A stretch of DNA of 64,000 nt from Camelus dromedarius (GCF_036321535.1 NC_087437.1:110858001-110922000), one strand, 5' to 3'. Positions 12,964 through 26,358 are shown, counted from the first letter of the stretch. The notes: generated from the letters alone by a model not told the origin. A program made the numbers and translations.

Positions 12964-13140
12964 ACAGCTTTCTCCAGGACAGAGCGTCTCAGACCGAACT
13001 GGGTCCAGAAGCAGCCAGGGATCTTCAGAAAATGCAGATTCTGGTTCACCTGGGTGAGGCCTGAGATCCTGCATTTCTAACAGGCTCCCAGATGACACAG
13101 GTGCAATGCTGGTCCCAGGGACCACTCTTGACTGCTTTGG
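12964..13140. mobile_element. MER5A-like hAT MITE
   Basis: GAAAATGCAGATTCTGG...GAGATCCTGCATTTCTAACAGGCTCCCAGATGA...GGGACCACTCTTGA. Confidence 0.75.
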
Positions 13141-13819
13141 GCAGCCAGGGTCGAGATGAAACTCCACACCACATTCCTCTCCCCAGATGAGCAGCTACCT
13201 TCACGGGCTGGGAACTCCACGGAATCATTCAGTTTGCAATGGAACTAAGCACACCATCACAAGTCGACATATCTCAGCTCATTTTAGCTGGCGTTAGAAA
13301 ACATACATATTCAGATTTTATGCTTTATGAAAACGGAAGTTTGATTTATATTAAAACTGGGTCAGTGGATTGACTGCTTGATTGGGGGATTTGGGGGGAG
13401 GAAAAAACAACTGTGGTCCCATTCTTTAAAGGGAGCACTAAATAGGACTTAAAACTCAGCAGTCGGTAGAATCTGGTCTAATAATCTGATTCAGACACTT
13501 GTTCAGATCCCTTGAGAAACCATCTTGGCAAAAGCCACAACACAGAGAGCCCACACATCCTGCTTTACAAAGAGTCATAGACGACGTGTTTTTTGCACCT
13601 TGATTTTCATGAAGTTTTGGTTTTCATGCCAGTCCCTAGTGAAAATTAGCTAGGAAGAAAAGTCGTCTGCAAAGTTAAGAGAGGTTTGTAATGGCTTGAG
13701 CCTGCGGTCAACGGGACAGATACTCTACAGGAAAAGACAAGCACTGAGAGAAGCAAAAATGACAGGTTATATCTTTAGGATTAGAGGTCACGAATTAAAA
13801 TTAAAAGTAATCATATGGG

Positions 13820-14775
13820 AGAAAAAAATAAACAATCCAATCCAAAAATGGGCAGAAGACCTAAACAAGCAATTCTCCAAGGAAGACATACAAATGATCA
13901 AAAAGCACATGAAAAAATGCTCAATATCACTAATTATCAGAGAAATGCAAATCAAAACTACAATGAGGTATCACCTCACACCAGTCAGAATGGCCGTCAT
14001 TCAAAAATCCACAAATGACAAATGCTGGAGAGGCTGTGGAGAAAGGGGAACCCTCCTACACTGCTGGTGGGAATGCAGTTTGGTGCAGCCACTATGGAAA
14101 ACAGTGTGGAGATTCCTCAAAAGACTAGGAATAGACTTACCGTATGACCCAGGAATCCCACTCCTGGGCTTGTATCCAGAAGGAAATCTACTTCAGGATG
14201 ACACCTGCACCCCAATGTTCATAGCAGCACTATTTACAATAGCCAAAACATGGAAACAGCCTAAATGTCCATCAACAGGTGACTGGATAAAGAAGAGGTG
14301 GTATATTTATACAATGGAATACTACTCAGCCATAAAAACCGACAACATAATGCCATTTGCAGCAACGTGGATGCTCCTGGAGAATGTCATTCTAAGTGAA
14401 GTAAGCCAGAAAGAGAAAGAAAAATACCATATGAGATCGCTCATATGTGGAATCTAAAAAACAAAAACAAAAACAAACAAACAAACAAAAACAAAGCGTA
14501 AATAAAGGACAGAAATAGACTCACAGACAGAGAATACAGACTTGTGGTTACCAGGGGGGTGGAGGGTGGGAAGGGAAAGACTGGGATTTCAAAATTGTAG
14601 AATAGACTACACTGTATAGCACAGGGAAATATACACAAAATGTTATGATAACTCAGAGAAAAAAATGTGACAGTGAGTGTGTATATGTCCATGAATAACT
14701 GAAAAATTGTGCTGAACACTGGAATTTGACACAACATTGTAAAATGATTATAAATCAATAAAAAATGTTAAAAAA
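13820..14775 (+). mobile_element. Young 5'-truncated LINE-1 (about 955 bp) with poly(A) tail and perfect TSD
   Basis: 17-bp identical TSD AAAAGTAATCATATGGG at 13803-13819 and 14776-14792; TT/AAAA endonuclease site; AATAAA plus A tail; uninterrupted ORF2 C-terminus. Confidence 0.97.
13822..14457 (+). pseudogene. LINE-1 ORF2p C-terminal remnant (about 211 aa; no EN/RT domains)
   Basis: Translation has [19 protein letters not shown], the Cys-rich [43 protein letters not shown] and the terminal [10 protein letters not shown]. Confidence 0.95.
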
Positions 14776-15111
14776 AAAAGTAATCATATGGGGGCAGTTA
14801 CTTTTAAAAAGAGAAAGCAAATAATTGGATCTTTGCAAGCAAAAACTAATCCAAAATACTCTATAGAAACTGAGTGCGACTACAGAGAACTTTGCACCAA
14901 ATGAGCTTCTCACTTTCACAGCAATTGCTAATACCTGTTCCCGTATCTGTGACAACTGATTAGCCCTCATTTTATTGCTATTGCAATTAGCAACTCCCCC
15001 ATAGGAGACGGTGGTTTACCTGTTACTCATAATATCCATTAAGCGATTCTCTCAAGGTTCAAAGCTCACAAACTTTACCAGTGTTTCCTTGCTGCCAAGC
15101 CAACTTAATTA

Positions 15112-15151
15112 AAAACAAAACAAAACAAAACAAAACAAAACAAAACAAAAC
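15112..15151 (+). repeat. (AAAAC)n microsatellite
   Basis: About 8 perfect AAAAC units. Confidence 0.95.
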
Positions 15152-15484
15152 ACAACCTTCACCTTAAAGGACAGGCATCAACAATTCAAATGAAAACCTC
15201 AAGATGTTAAAGGAGAACGAATACAGTGCTTAGTACTAACCACAGTGCAACAAAATAAGAATTTTCATATTCTGCCCTGGTGGTGTCACTGGTAAAATCT
15301 TTTTAGTGTAAAGTAAATAGGCAACATATAAACTTTTTACAATGTTTAGACTCTTTGATCTAATGCTTCCTCTTCTGAGGATCTATTCTAAAGACATGAT
15401 CCAAAATTTGGAAGTTTTGGAAATAAAGACATCCTCTGCAGTATTTAGTCACGATAGAATAAGAATGTGAAATGAGCCCTGGGG

Positions 15485-15925
15485 GTCTGCACCCTGTCAT
15501 TGTAGCGAAGCGGGAACTACATTTCCCAGAATCCCCTCTCCCGGGCGGTACTGGTTTAGGATTGGCCACGAGGGGAGCCGGCCCAGGATTTGGAAGCACA
15601 AGTGGAGAAGCGGGTGGGGGTCAGGGTCGTGAGTCCATTCGGTGCCGCATGGGGGCCACAGCCCCTTTAGCTCCTGAGCCAGACTCGTGTGCAGCTCCAA
15701 AGGCAGAGGCAGAGCGGTTCTCTGCAAGTCACCCCGAGTCATGGAGGCAGGAGGCGGGAGGAGAGACTCGGGCTTCAGTGTGCCCTGGCTCTCCCAGCAC
15801 CAACCTGCGGCTGTTCGGCCCGACATGTGCAGCCAGAGGCAGAGACAAGAGCCTTCCACAGACTTCTCCCGGCTCCCACAAGGGCCTGGGCTCAACTTCC
15901 CATGAGAAATCCCTCTTCCTCACCT
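15485..15925 (+). mobile_element. Probable old ERVL LTR (LTR33/LTR41-like), CpG-rich
   Basis: GAACTACATTTCCCAGAATCCC...TTAGGATTGGCCA start and GAAATCCCT near the end resemble this LTR group; recognition only. Confidence 0.45.
15516..15534 (+). promoter_or_regulatory. ZNF143/THAP11 (SBS) motif
   Basis: ACTACATTTCCCAGAATCC matches the ACTACAnnTCCCAnnAT consensus. Confidence 0.5.
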
Positions 15926-15930
15926 CCCAC

Positions 15931-16458
15931 TGTGGTGCTTCACTTTACGCGTCTCCATGACTAGCTAAGATGCCTAGACAATTGGTAAAACAGTATTTCT
16001 GGGTGAGTCCGTGAGGTGTCTATAGATGAGATTAGCTTTCACTAAAGTGGGCGGGTGTCATCCAATTCACTGAGGGACCGAAGAGAACAGAAAAGTGGAG
16101 GGAGCATGAATTCTCTCTCTCTGGGCGGGGACATTCATCTTCTTCTGCCCCAGGACATTGGCAGTCCTGGTTCTCAGGCTTTCGGATTCAGACTGAGCCA
16201 CACGACTGGCTTTCCTGGTCTCTGGTGTGCAGGTAGCGGGCAGATCATGGGACTTCTCAGCAATCACAACTGCAGGAACCAATTCCCATAATAAACCTGA
16301 ATGTTTCTCTCCCACTCTTTCTTTCTTTCTTCTTTCTTTCTCTTTCCTCCTCTCTCTCTTCCCCCCATATGGATGGGTAGATAGGTAGATAGATGGATAG
16401 ATGGATAAAGATATTCTATTGGTTTGTTCTGTTTCTCAGGAGAACCCTGACTAATACA
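15931..16458 (+). mobile_element. MLT2 (ERVL) solo LTR with internal microsatellites
   Basis: TGTGGTG start; CAGATCATGGGACTTCTCAGC; terminal GTTTCTCAGGAGAACCCTGACTAATACA; 5-bp flanks CCCAC/CTCAC; (CTTT)/(GATA) tract at about 16318-16410. Confidence 0.85.
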
Positions 16459-16820
16459 CTCACCAAACCCTAACTGAGACATAATCAATACATGTAAATA
16501 AGATTCAAGTAAATCCCAGTACACCACTCCATGGAATGTTAAACACTTGTTAAAACAGATGTTTACAAAGTACTTAAGGACATTTGTAACACAACCATTT
16601 TTCCCATGAAATGGGGGGAAATGTCAAGCTAGAATTTAAATTTATCTTTTATTCATTCTATATAAAATAAACACAAGACGAAGAGGGGGAAAAGACGACA
16701 TCAAATTACAACAGTTTGATCTAGGAGTTAGTATTTGTTTCTTCCAGTATTTTCTAATTTTTAAATTTTCTATATGTTTTCTGTATCTTTTTAAGAATTA
16801 AAATTGTTTAAAATTAGAAC

Positions 16821-18215
16821 TATAGTCTTTTCAACAAATGGTGCTGGAACAACTGGACATCCACATGTAAAAAGAAGAATCTAGACACAGACTTTAGGCC
16901 CTTTATAAAAATAGACTCAACATGGATCATAGACCTGCATGTAAAATGTAAAAACAGAAAACTAACAAACAAAACTATAAAAGATAACGTAGAAGAAAAC
17001 CTAGATGACCTGGGATGTGGCAAGGACTTTTTAGATATAACATCAGAAGCATGATCCATGAAAGATATAATTGATAAGCTGGACTTCATTAAAATTTACA
17101 ACTTCTGCTCTGCAAAGACAATCTGAAGGGAATGAGAAGACAAGTCACAAGCTAGAAGACACCTGATAAAGGACTGTTATCTAAAATACACAAAGAACTC
17201 TTAAAACTCAATGACAAGAACACAAACAACCCAGTTAAAAAATTTCATCAAAGACCTTCATAGACACCTCACCAAAGAAGACACGCAGATGGTAAGTAAG
17301 CAGAGAAAGGCAAACTAAAACAATGAGATACCACTACCTATCTGAATGGCCAAAATCCAGAACACTGACAACACCAAATGCTGACAAAGATGTGGAGCAA
17401 CAGGAATGCTCATGTGTTGCTACAGGGAATGCAAAATGGTACAACCACTTTAGAAGACATTTTGGTGGTTTCTTACAAAACTAAATGTGTTCTTACCATA
17501 CAACCCAGCAACCACACTCCTTTGTATTTACCCAAAGGAGCTGAAAACTTAACATTCGCACAAAAGCCTGTACTCAGATATCAATAACAGTTTCATACAT
17601 AACTGCCAAAGCTAAGAAGCAACCAAGATATCCTATCCAAGTAGGTGAATCGATAAATAAACTGTGGTACCTTAGACAATGGAATATTACTCAATGCTAT
17701 AAAGAAACGAGCTATCAAGCCACAAAATGACATAGAGGAACCTCAAATGCACATCACTAAATCAAAGAAGCCAATCTGAGAAGGCTACATTCCATACGGT
17801 TCCAACTAGATGACATTCTGGAAAAAGAGACATTATGGAGAAAGTAAAAGAATCATTGGTGGCCAGGAGTTTGCTGGAGGGAGCTGGATAATCAGGTGGA
17901 GCACAGAGGATTTTTAGGGCAGCGAAACTATACTGTATGATAATTACAATGGTAAATACATGTCATTATAAATTTGTCAAAACCCATAAAATGTACAAGA
18001 CCAAGAGTGAACCCCAATGTAAACTATGGGCTTTAGAGGATAATGATGTGTCAGTGCAGGGTCACCAACTCCAACAAATATTACCACTCTGGTTGTGAAT
18101 GTTGATGAAGGGGGAGGGTATGCACGTGTGGAGGCAAGGGGTAGATGGGAAATCTCTACACCTTCTGCTCAATATCATGGTAAACCTAAAACTGCTGTAA
18201 AAAAATAGTCTATTA
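16821..18215 (+). mobile_element. L1MC-type LINE-1, degenerate ORF2 3' part plus 3' UTR
   Basis: TTCAACAAATGGTGCTGGAACAACTGG (FNKWCWNNW motif), decayed ORF2, and a 3' end AAACCTAAAACTGCTGTAAAAAAATAGTCTATT. Confidence 0.9.
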
Positions 18216-18796
18216 AATTGTTTTAATTCTTTAAAAATTATTATAAATAGTAAAAATTAAACTCTGAATTCTTTATTTTTCCTCCTTCACTCTCAGCTTA
18301 GGTTTTCAATACATCACAAAGACTTTTTGCTAATTTAAGAAAGCCTCTGTTTTTTTGTGTACATCCAACAGAATTGCAAATTCAATATTATTTCACTTCA
18401 CTGCTGAAAAACCATTCAGTTTTTTTCCAGGAGAAAAGCCAAACTTCTCAGCAGGATCTGGCCATTGATCTTGCCAGCTTAGCTCCTCTTGTGACCCCGC
18501 GATAGGAATAATAGTAAAAATCACAACGTAATGACAATAATGATCATGACCCCCAGAGGTGACCAAGTCCTTTGATTGCTCTGTACTTTGCACGTGGTTC
18601 TCTTGACTTAAAAATGCTCTCCTTCTCGTCCATATTCACCTGAAGAAAAACCACTCACCAATTAAGACTTAACTTGAACTTCACTCATCTGACGACCTCC
18701 CTGACTCTTCGAAGGCATCAACCTCACCTCCCCACGACAGACTCAACATGCGTTCAGTGGCTCCGACCAGACTGTATTGAAAGAGTCTCTCTCCCG

Positions 18797-18948
18797 CTGG
18801 AGGGCTTGTTAAAATTCACATTGTAGGCCCAACCCTCAGAGTGCCCAATTCAGTAGGTCTGGGATAGGACCCAGGAATGTGCATCCTAACAGTTTCCCAG
18901 CTGGTGTTGATGTTGGTGGTCTGGGAACAACAGTGTGAGAACGGCTGA
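18797..18948. mobile_element. MER5A-like MITE within an L2 remnant
   Basis: GGAGGGCTTGTTAAAA...TTCAGTAGGTCTGGGATAGGACCCAGGAATGTGCAT...TGAGAACGGCTG. Confidence 0.8.
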
Positions 18949-19251
18949 GCTGGGACGGAGACCTTTGGGGGTGCAAGCTATGTTTTATTCATTCTTGCAT
19001 CTCAAAGGCCCAAGAACGGTGCCTGGCACTTAACAGGTGTTCAGGATTGCTTAGATATATTTTTATTTATTTTACTTTTTAAATAAAGAAAGTCCTTTCC
19101 CCCACATGTGGCTAACCTCCCTAGAATGCAGTGAAACATGATGTGCAGAGTTACCTGGAATCTGACAACTATTTTCTTGTTTATACCTCTGTGAAATCTG
19201 GAAACCTTCATAAACATGGGGTGAAAATGTCAAAAATCCAAGATCCCCTGC

Positions 19252-19310
19252 CACACACACACGCACACGCACGAGCACGCGCACGCACACGCACACGCAC
19301 ACACACACAC
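19252..19310. repeat. (CA)/(CG) alternating purine-pyrimidine microsatellite
   Basis: CACACACACACGCACACGCACGAGCACGCGCACGCACACGCACACGCACACACACACAC. Confidence 0.95.
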
Positions 19311-19490
19311 TCTTTGTGAAAAGCTCTCCACATTTTACATAATCATTGTCATTTCTCTGTTGCTCCAGGCAACAAGAAATAAAGCCAGAAACAGGAGGAG
19401 ACGGACAGAGAATACTTGGCTGCTCTTTTGCTCCCAACTTCTCAGTGGTAAAAGCCTACATCATTTTATTTTCCCAAATGCCCTTCAGGG

Positions 19491-19637
19491 TTGTTTTGTT
19501 TTGTTTTGTTGGTTTGCTTGTTTGTTTTAATGGGGGGGTAATTAGGTTTATTATCATTTAGAGGAGGTACTGGGGATTGAACCTGGGGCCTCGTGCATGC
19601 TAAGCATGCTCTCTACCACTTGAGCTGTACCCTCCCC
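19491..19637 (-). mobile_element. vic-1-type tRNA-Ala SINE
   Basis: Reverse complement gives GGGGAGGGTACAGCTCAAGTGGTAGAG...GGTTCAATCCCCAGTACCTCC plus a CCTAATTACCCCCCC tail; TSD core TGCCCTTCAG at 19479-19488 and 19642-19651. Confidence 0.93.
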
Positions 19638-21104
19638 ACTTTGCCCTTCAGCGTGGTTACTGCCACCCCTCCTCTCCCACCTGCACAATGACAAGGAGGA
19701 CTGGCAGTACTAAACCCAGGAGCAGGACCCGGGGAATCTGACCTTCAGGTTTAGACATGACCTTCCTGGTAACAGTGACCGTCACCTTCCCAGACACAGC
19801 CTCAAGCCAGGTTGTGAGAGAGTTAGAGGAATTCAGATCAGAGAAGAAGCAGACTGGGAAGATGTCCCAACATGCACGTTCTGGGAGGGGCGGGGACTGG
19901 GAGGAGGATCCTCCAGGGAAACAACGGAGGCAAATACACGGTGGTGTTACAACACACAGCATGTCCCAGCAACGGCAAGGGCCCTAACTGCCAAACATAA
20001 CGCCCGTGGGATGGAGACAGAAGTGGGAGAGAATTCGGGGCCTTGAACACCACATCACCGAGATTGGTCTGTAATGCGCAGGCAGTAACTCCTGTCAAAA
20101 GGGAGCAACAGTGATCAGCCCAACATGCTGGGAAGGGACACTGGTGGCAGAATGGACGATAAGGAGGCGCTGGGGGAGACGTGCTCTGTTTTACTGATAC
20201 TCAGAGAAATGCCAGGTGAACCCGCAAAGGAAACATGAAACAAACCAAAATTCATGTGGGCATCTCGATCCAACAGTGAAGTAAAGGCCTTCTATGTTCT
20301 CCTTCCATTCTCTCTCTCACCTCATTTCAAAAACGACTTCAGGCAGGTAAATAAGTAATTGAAGCAATAAGTACCAGCGAAAATGGAAGCCAGACCTCTT
20401 CAGAGCAAGGGAGTCAGGCAAGGGTTCGGAGATTTGATCCTGACCTTTAAAAGGTAGGAAAGACTTCACCGGGATGAACGGTGCCATTTATAGCTACTGG
20501 TACCACGAGGGGCTTTGCAGAAGAGTTCAGTTTACCACCGTGCTCTTCAAAAGCCACAATCTTCCAAAATGCACTTTAATCCCAAATTAACAGCATTCCG
20601 GTGATTAGACTGGGCAAACCGGGTAGAAAGAGAAAGAAAACACACACATCGGTTATGTCATTTGTGAATACAACCTCTGCAAACAGATCACGTACTTCAG
20701 TATCTGTTTCAACTGCAATTATGTTGTACAATCCACACTTTTAGTCCAAGGTGGCGGCAATACCCACCAAACCTGGGAAACGCAAGCCTTTCTTTAAGAA
20801 CAATTTCTTTAAACATATGAAGAAGAGGCAGCAAATTTGAAAAATGGGATCAATCTCCTGATGGCTGAGAAGAGAGGTTTTAATTATGCTTTGAGATGAA
20901 GGTGATAATTGACTTATATGCTGATCTATCATAACTCCAAGCTCATACACAGAAACAATTATCAAAAAGACTGTCAGGTAACACGGTATTTCACGTGAAT
21001 TTACTGTGTAACTGAAGCTTAGTATTTCTGAAGGTTCAAATTTTTTTTTAATTTCTTAAAGTCTATTTTGAAAGGGAACGTAACACACTGTTAAATATAT
21101 TGCG

Positions 21105-21340
21105 GAACTTCGATATCCAGCCAAGATGAAGTAACAGGAGCCAGATTTATACACCCAACTGAAACAATTTTTAGAAACGGACAAAATACACGAAACAATG
21201 GTTCTCAGACACTGAACAGCAGAAACACAGGACAGTGACCTCTAACAGACTGGATACAAAGGAGGTGAGCCCTACGATGGCCAGCAGAGGGAACCCAAAA
21301 GGAGCCCTGAGGTCTCCCAGGGAGGAGGAGGGGAGCTGAA
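21105..21340 (+). mobile_element. Ancient LINE-1 5' end fragment (L1M4/L1ME-type)
   Basis: CAGCCAAGATGAAGTAACAGGAGCCAGATTT...GGACAAAATACACGAAACAATGGTT...GAGGTGAGCCCTACGAT. Confidence 0.65.
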
Positions 21341-22439
21341 ACAGATTACATGCTGCCCTGCCATTTGAAACGAACATGGCAAAGAATTCACTGAATGCAG
21401 AACCATTCATTTCCTGATGACAAATGGTGACCTGTTTTTCTGTTATGCTCTAATACTGTGAAGACCACAGTTGGGAGCTGGAAAGATTTCTTCTCAACAC
21501 TGCTAAAGTCTTTCAATTCAGGCGTGTGCTTATAATGACTTTGGATTTCCTCTCTTCCTAACAGGTGGTTACCACCCCTAACATCAGCCCTCAGATGATG
21601 TACTTCCATCGTGGTTACAGTGTCTCCATTCTTCCGATTCCCAAACTCCACAGCATCCGGGGGAGACGGCAGGGTAGGCTTGTTTCAGATCCGCAGCGAC
21701 TCTCCAGAATGAAGCCAAGAGCACTGGTGCCAGGGCTGTTGAGGCATCTGTGTTAACAGCTTGACCTCTCAGAATGTCTGAGTTCTTCTGGGGAGTAGAG
21801 TTTGTCGGGCACACAGTAGGCATGAGATGAACAACTACTAAATTCATTAATTCATCAGTTGGGGAATGAATAACATATATGGTTAAAATCTCAGGCAGCA
21901 TGTATCTACCTCTTTTTCTAAATTCATAATCTATTCACGTTTGGATCAACCTAAACAGACCAGTAAGACGATCTTTGGGACTGAGCAGATGAACTCTTCA
22001 CTTCCTCACTGAGAGCGAGCCCCAAGGTTCACACCAAGAACTTTTGGGCCCCACTACCTGTACTGAAGCTATTTTTAGAGGAACAATGGAATCTATGTTC
22101 CACAGCAGCAATTTCAGACTTCAAACAGTCTTAATGTCTAAAACCAATACCCAACTTCATTCAAGTTAGCCTTTGAAAGGCTCTTAGTCCTAGAGTTTAA
22201 AGCAACACGGTAACACAACAAGGTTTGAAAAGGCTTGTTTTATGGACCTAGGAATATAAAGTTACTCTGAAGATATGTGCCTCTAAGCCACAAAATGCCT
22301 TTCCAAGTAATAAAAACAAAATTGTAATTAATTTATGGAAAATGATCGATCTGACTATCATATAAAAAGGACCAGTAGGAAGGGAAAAAAAAAAAAGCCC
22401 TGAGTCACACACTTCTGCTACCTGTAGCATTATAATGAC

Positions 22440-22728
22440 TTTTTTTTTTTAATTCTTACTTTTTATTGAAGTGTAGTCAACTTACAACATTAATTTCAGG
22501 TGTATAGCAAAGCAATTCAGTGATACATATACATACATATCTTTTTCAGATTCTTTTCCATTACAGCTCATTACAAGAAACTAAATAGTTTCCTGTGCTA
22601 TATAGTAGGTCTTTGTTGTGTATCTATTTTATGTATAGTAATTGTATCTATTAATCCCAAACTCCTAATCTATCTCTCCCTCCACCATCACCCTGTTCCC
22701 CCTTGGTACCCAGAATTTATTTTCTATG
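22440..22728 (-). mobile_element. LINE-1 3' UTR, antisense
   Basis: Poly-T, then TTTATTGAAGTGTAGTCAACTTACAAC...; TATAATGA repeated on both flanks. Confidence 0.85.
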
Positions 22729-23868
22729 TATAATGATGTTATTACAAAGCATAATAATAACTTTCATTCACATCACAATTTACAGATTACAGGACAGAAC
22801 TGACCAACAACTCCCATTCACCTTTCAGGAAGCAATTTTAAAACTGGCCTGTTGTTTCTCAGCCCACCTTTGGCTCATAAACTCCTACCCTGCCGTCAAG
22901 ATCCTTCTCACATGCCACCTCCAGTGAAGCCTTCCTTCATATCCATAAAGAAACTTGCCTACTCTGCCCTCTGTCGTCCCACATAACTTGATTCCCATCC
23001 CTACCTCAGCCCCTACTCCCCTAGTGGGCTGTATCCATTCATTTATCAGCCTGTGATGTATCCAGCACTGTCTCTGGCAGATAGCCGCCACCTGATAAAT
23101 GACTCTTGTCCCAAAAGATAAATGCATTTCTTTTAAACACAGAGACATCATCACTTGTAGCTATCTCTAAAATATTTACTTTTTTCTCACCTCAACAGCA
23201 ACCTGTCTTCTTTAAAGAAAATCTGGAAAACATATCAAAGTATAGAGAAAACATTCCTTCACTGTTGAAACTGTAAGCCTGCTAGTCCAGTTTTAGTGAA
23301 CAGACAAGATCATATTATATATACAGTTATTTATCTAACATATTTGATGCAATGTGTCCTAAAAATGTTCCCATGTCATTTTTTAAATACTCAAATTACG
23401 TTATATGGATATGCCATCATGTAACCATTTCTTGGTTTGGGGACAGTTAGATTGCTTCCAATAGCTTGGAATGGACCTTATGTGGATAGATCTTTGTCCA
23501 GATCTCAGGCTGCTTTGTTAATAAATGATCAGCCTTTTGAAAGTGAATACGCAGGTGCTTATGAGTCGATCAGTTTCCCTCACCAGCTACTCTTTACTAA
23601 CTCCTTTAACACCAGACAACCAAAGGGTCCAAGAAGTGACCATGTTACCAAACGACGCATACATGAGTTGACACTCTAAGTTGTGTTTCTCAAACAGGGC
23701 ACTGCAGGAATGAACAGATCTGTGCACAGACCTACCTTCAGCTTATGCATGGAGCTATAAATGCTTTCTCTCCTTTCTTCCAGACATCCTGGTCTCTCTC
23801 CCAAGCCCTCTTCTGTATCCAACTCCTTACTCCTGATTAGCCATTCAGAAGCCCTCTGAAAGTCAACT

Positions 23869-24081
23869 CAGGGCTTTGTCACCCTGGCACTGTTGGCACT
23901 TGAAGCTAGCTACTTCTCTGTCATGAGGGGTTCATTGCACTGCTGGGATGTTTAGCAGCATCCCTTGCCCCTACTCACTGGATGCTGGTAGCAACCCCTG
24001 TAGCTGTGACAACCAAGAATAACCCCAGTTGTTGCCAGATGTCTCCTGGAGGGCAACTTTATCCCCAGTTGAGAACTACTG
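23869..24081. mobile_element. MER20 hAT MITE
   Basis: GATGTTTAGCAGCATCCC...GCTGTGACAACCAA...CCCCAGTTGAGAACTACTG. Confidence 0.85.
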
Positions 24082-26135
24082 ATCTAAATTAATCATTTAG
24101 TTATTTGATAATAAAGGCAGGTAAACTGTCAAGCGGGGTTGAGAACTGAGTTACAGCTAACATGCTAACTGTGATCAGCTGGTAGTGTTCACCTGTAGAT
24201 GGTTAGTGATGTCTGCTGTGGATTAGGAAAGGGTAGTTTGCCATCTCCACTAACCCATCAGAAGCCGCTGGACAAGAAGGGGTCAGCACAACCCTTAAAA
24301 CTGGACTTGGCTGCAATGCCATCTTCCATTGACTCCATAAGAACAACAGAAACCTTAAAAGCATTCTTGGCTTTCAAGTGCATCTGACTGGTAACATTCT
24401 ATAAAATGACCCCTGAAAGAACATATAGTTGGCCAGTCATTAATATTTATAAGCTTCCTATAGTATCTGAGCATGCTGTACACCATCAAAGGCTGGTAAA
24501 AAATAGAGCTGACTTTACCCACAGCCTCCAAAAGCTGGCAGTATTGAATACTAACCCAGAAACCATAATTTTCATGAACGGAAATGGAACCACTGTCTTC
24601 TATACCATGTAATCTATATGTAAAAAGAAAGAGACGGCGCTCTCCAAAAACCACTGGTTGTCCGAGAATATGATGGTTAATGTAAAACAAATCAGACTGA
24701 GAAGGAACAAAGCCATGGGTTACTTATGCTTCTGATTATCAACAAGGTCTTGATGACCCACAATCTAACCTCACACGATCACCAAACCTCTGGGGGCCTC
24801 AGCCTCAGTTTCCTTCATCTGGTGAGAAAACCTTCTGTGGTCAGGATGAGGAAACAAGCTAATAACAAAGGCCTCATACAGTAAGTATCCTACTTTAGTT
24901 AATATTATTCAGCGTCAGTACTATACTCACTCATTCTAGAAAAGTAGCCACTAGCCTCTGTCACATCTGCCAGTAGCTTAGCAACTGATGGTTTTCAGAA
25001 ACTGGAAACCCAAAAAAGTCTCATTCAGAGCTTCTGTATTCACAATCCAGTTTCGCCTTACAACTGCAATTTGCTCAAACCGTATCTCATGCAGATCACA
25101 GATCCACATATTTCTTCTTACTCCACTAACTTGATGGAGTTCAGGAAAACTGACCACTACGCTGAGCTTCCCCAGCCACATGTCTGCTTTTAGCATCACT
25201 CCTGACACAAAATAAACCAAAATCGTTGGTCTTTTTAAAGATCACAACATAAATGACCAAGTCAGATACGATCAGAGGTTTCATGGTCCCAGATCAGTGA
25301 TTCTAAGCAGAAGAGATCAGGAAAATCCTCATGTCTTCAGTGAGTTTACAGAGACAAATAAAAGATGCAAACCATCCACTATAGTTGGTTGCTAAGGGAA
25401 ATAAGCCTATTTCCTGTGCTCTTCACTCTGGTACCCAGCACCTCATTAGGTAATGAGGCACCACCGTAAGTAATATCCTGATGTGTTCCCAAAGCAGAAG
25501 AGCTGCAGCAAGATGACCATGGGCAATGGGAAGGAGAGATGGTAACACTGACCTTTTAATCAGCTGATCCGAACAGGTCAACATGCAATTCCAAACCTAG
25601 AATATGGACAGAAAAATCTAGTATGATTTTGTTTGTTCAGCTTCCATTTTTACTTTGGAAGGACCTGCTTGCATTTTTTCCCATGTAAAAAGTCCCAGCA
25701 CCACAGAAGCATGGAACATAGGGAGTGGAAAACACTTGGCAATAATTATGTACAGCACTTCTCAAAGTGTGATCCAAGTATCTCCCTACATCAGAATGAC
25801 ATGTGATATCTGTTTAAAATGCAGGTTCATGGGTTGGTTTTCAATTTATTTCAATTTATTGAAAACCAACCCTTTTCCTCTGGCCTATATTTCCCAGGCT
25901 CCTTTGAAGAGAAATGTGACCATGTGACTTGATTCTAGCCAATGGAATATGAGAGGAAGAGACGTGCCCTCCTTCATACAAGCCTTCAGACTCTTTCCTT
26001 TTCCATGACTTGACTTGATGGTGACCGTGGAAGGCACATGTTACAGATGGCAGAGCCACAGTATGGAAGGAGACTGGGTCCAAGCTAATGCACAGAGTCC
26101 CAACTCAGACATTAACAAGTAAGAATCTAGAGTCT

Positions 26136-26358
26136 TGTTAAAGAAAGTTATTCTGACACTTGTTACAGCAGTAAGGAAGACTTTACTCAAGACTATTGTA
26201 ATAAGGGTATTGTAATAGAGGACAGAGATTAAGCTCAACTCTGAGTACAACGACAAGTGGGGATGTACAGCCAAGGAGCAGGGTGAGGGGGTCACAGTGG
26301 ATATAAAATTACTAAGGGAAAACGTCAAGAGTAGGGGGGTTAAAATTCATAGATAGAC

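Noticed and set aside
13696..14457. 253-aa ORF as a cellular gene
   Set aside because: It is the C-terminus of L1 ORF2 plus chance open flank, and the track start is a TTG.
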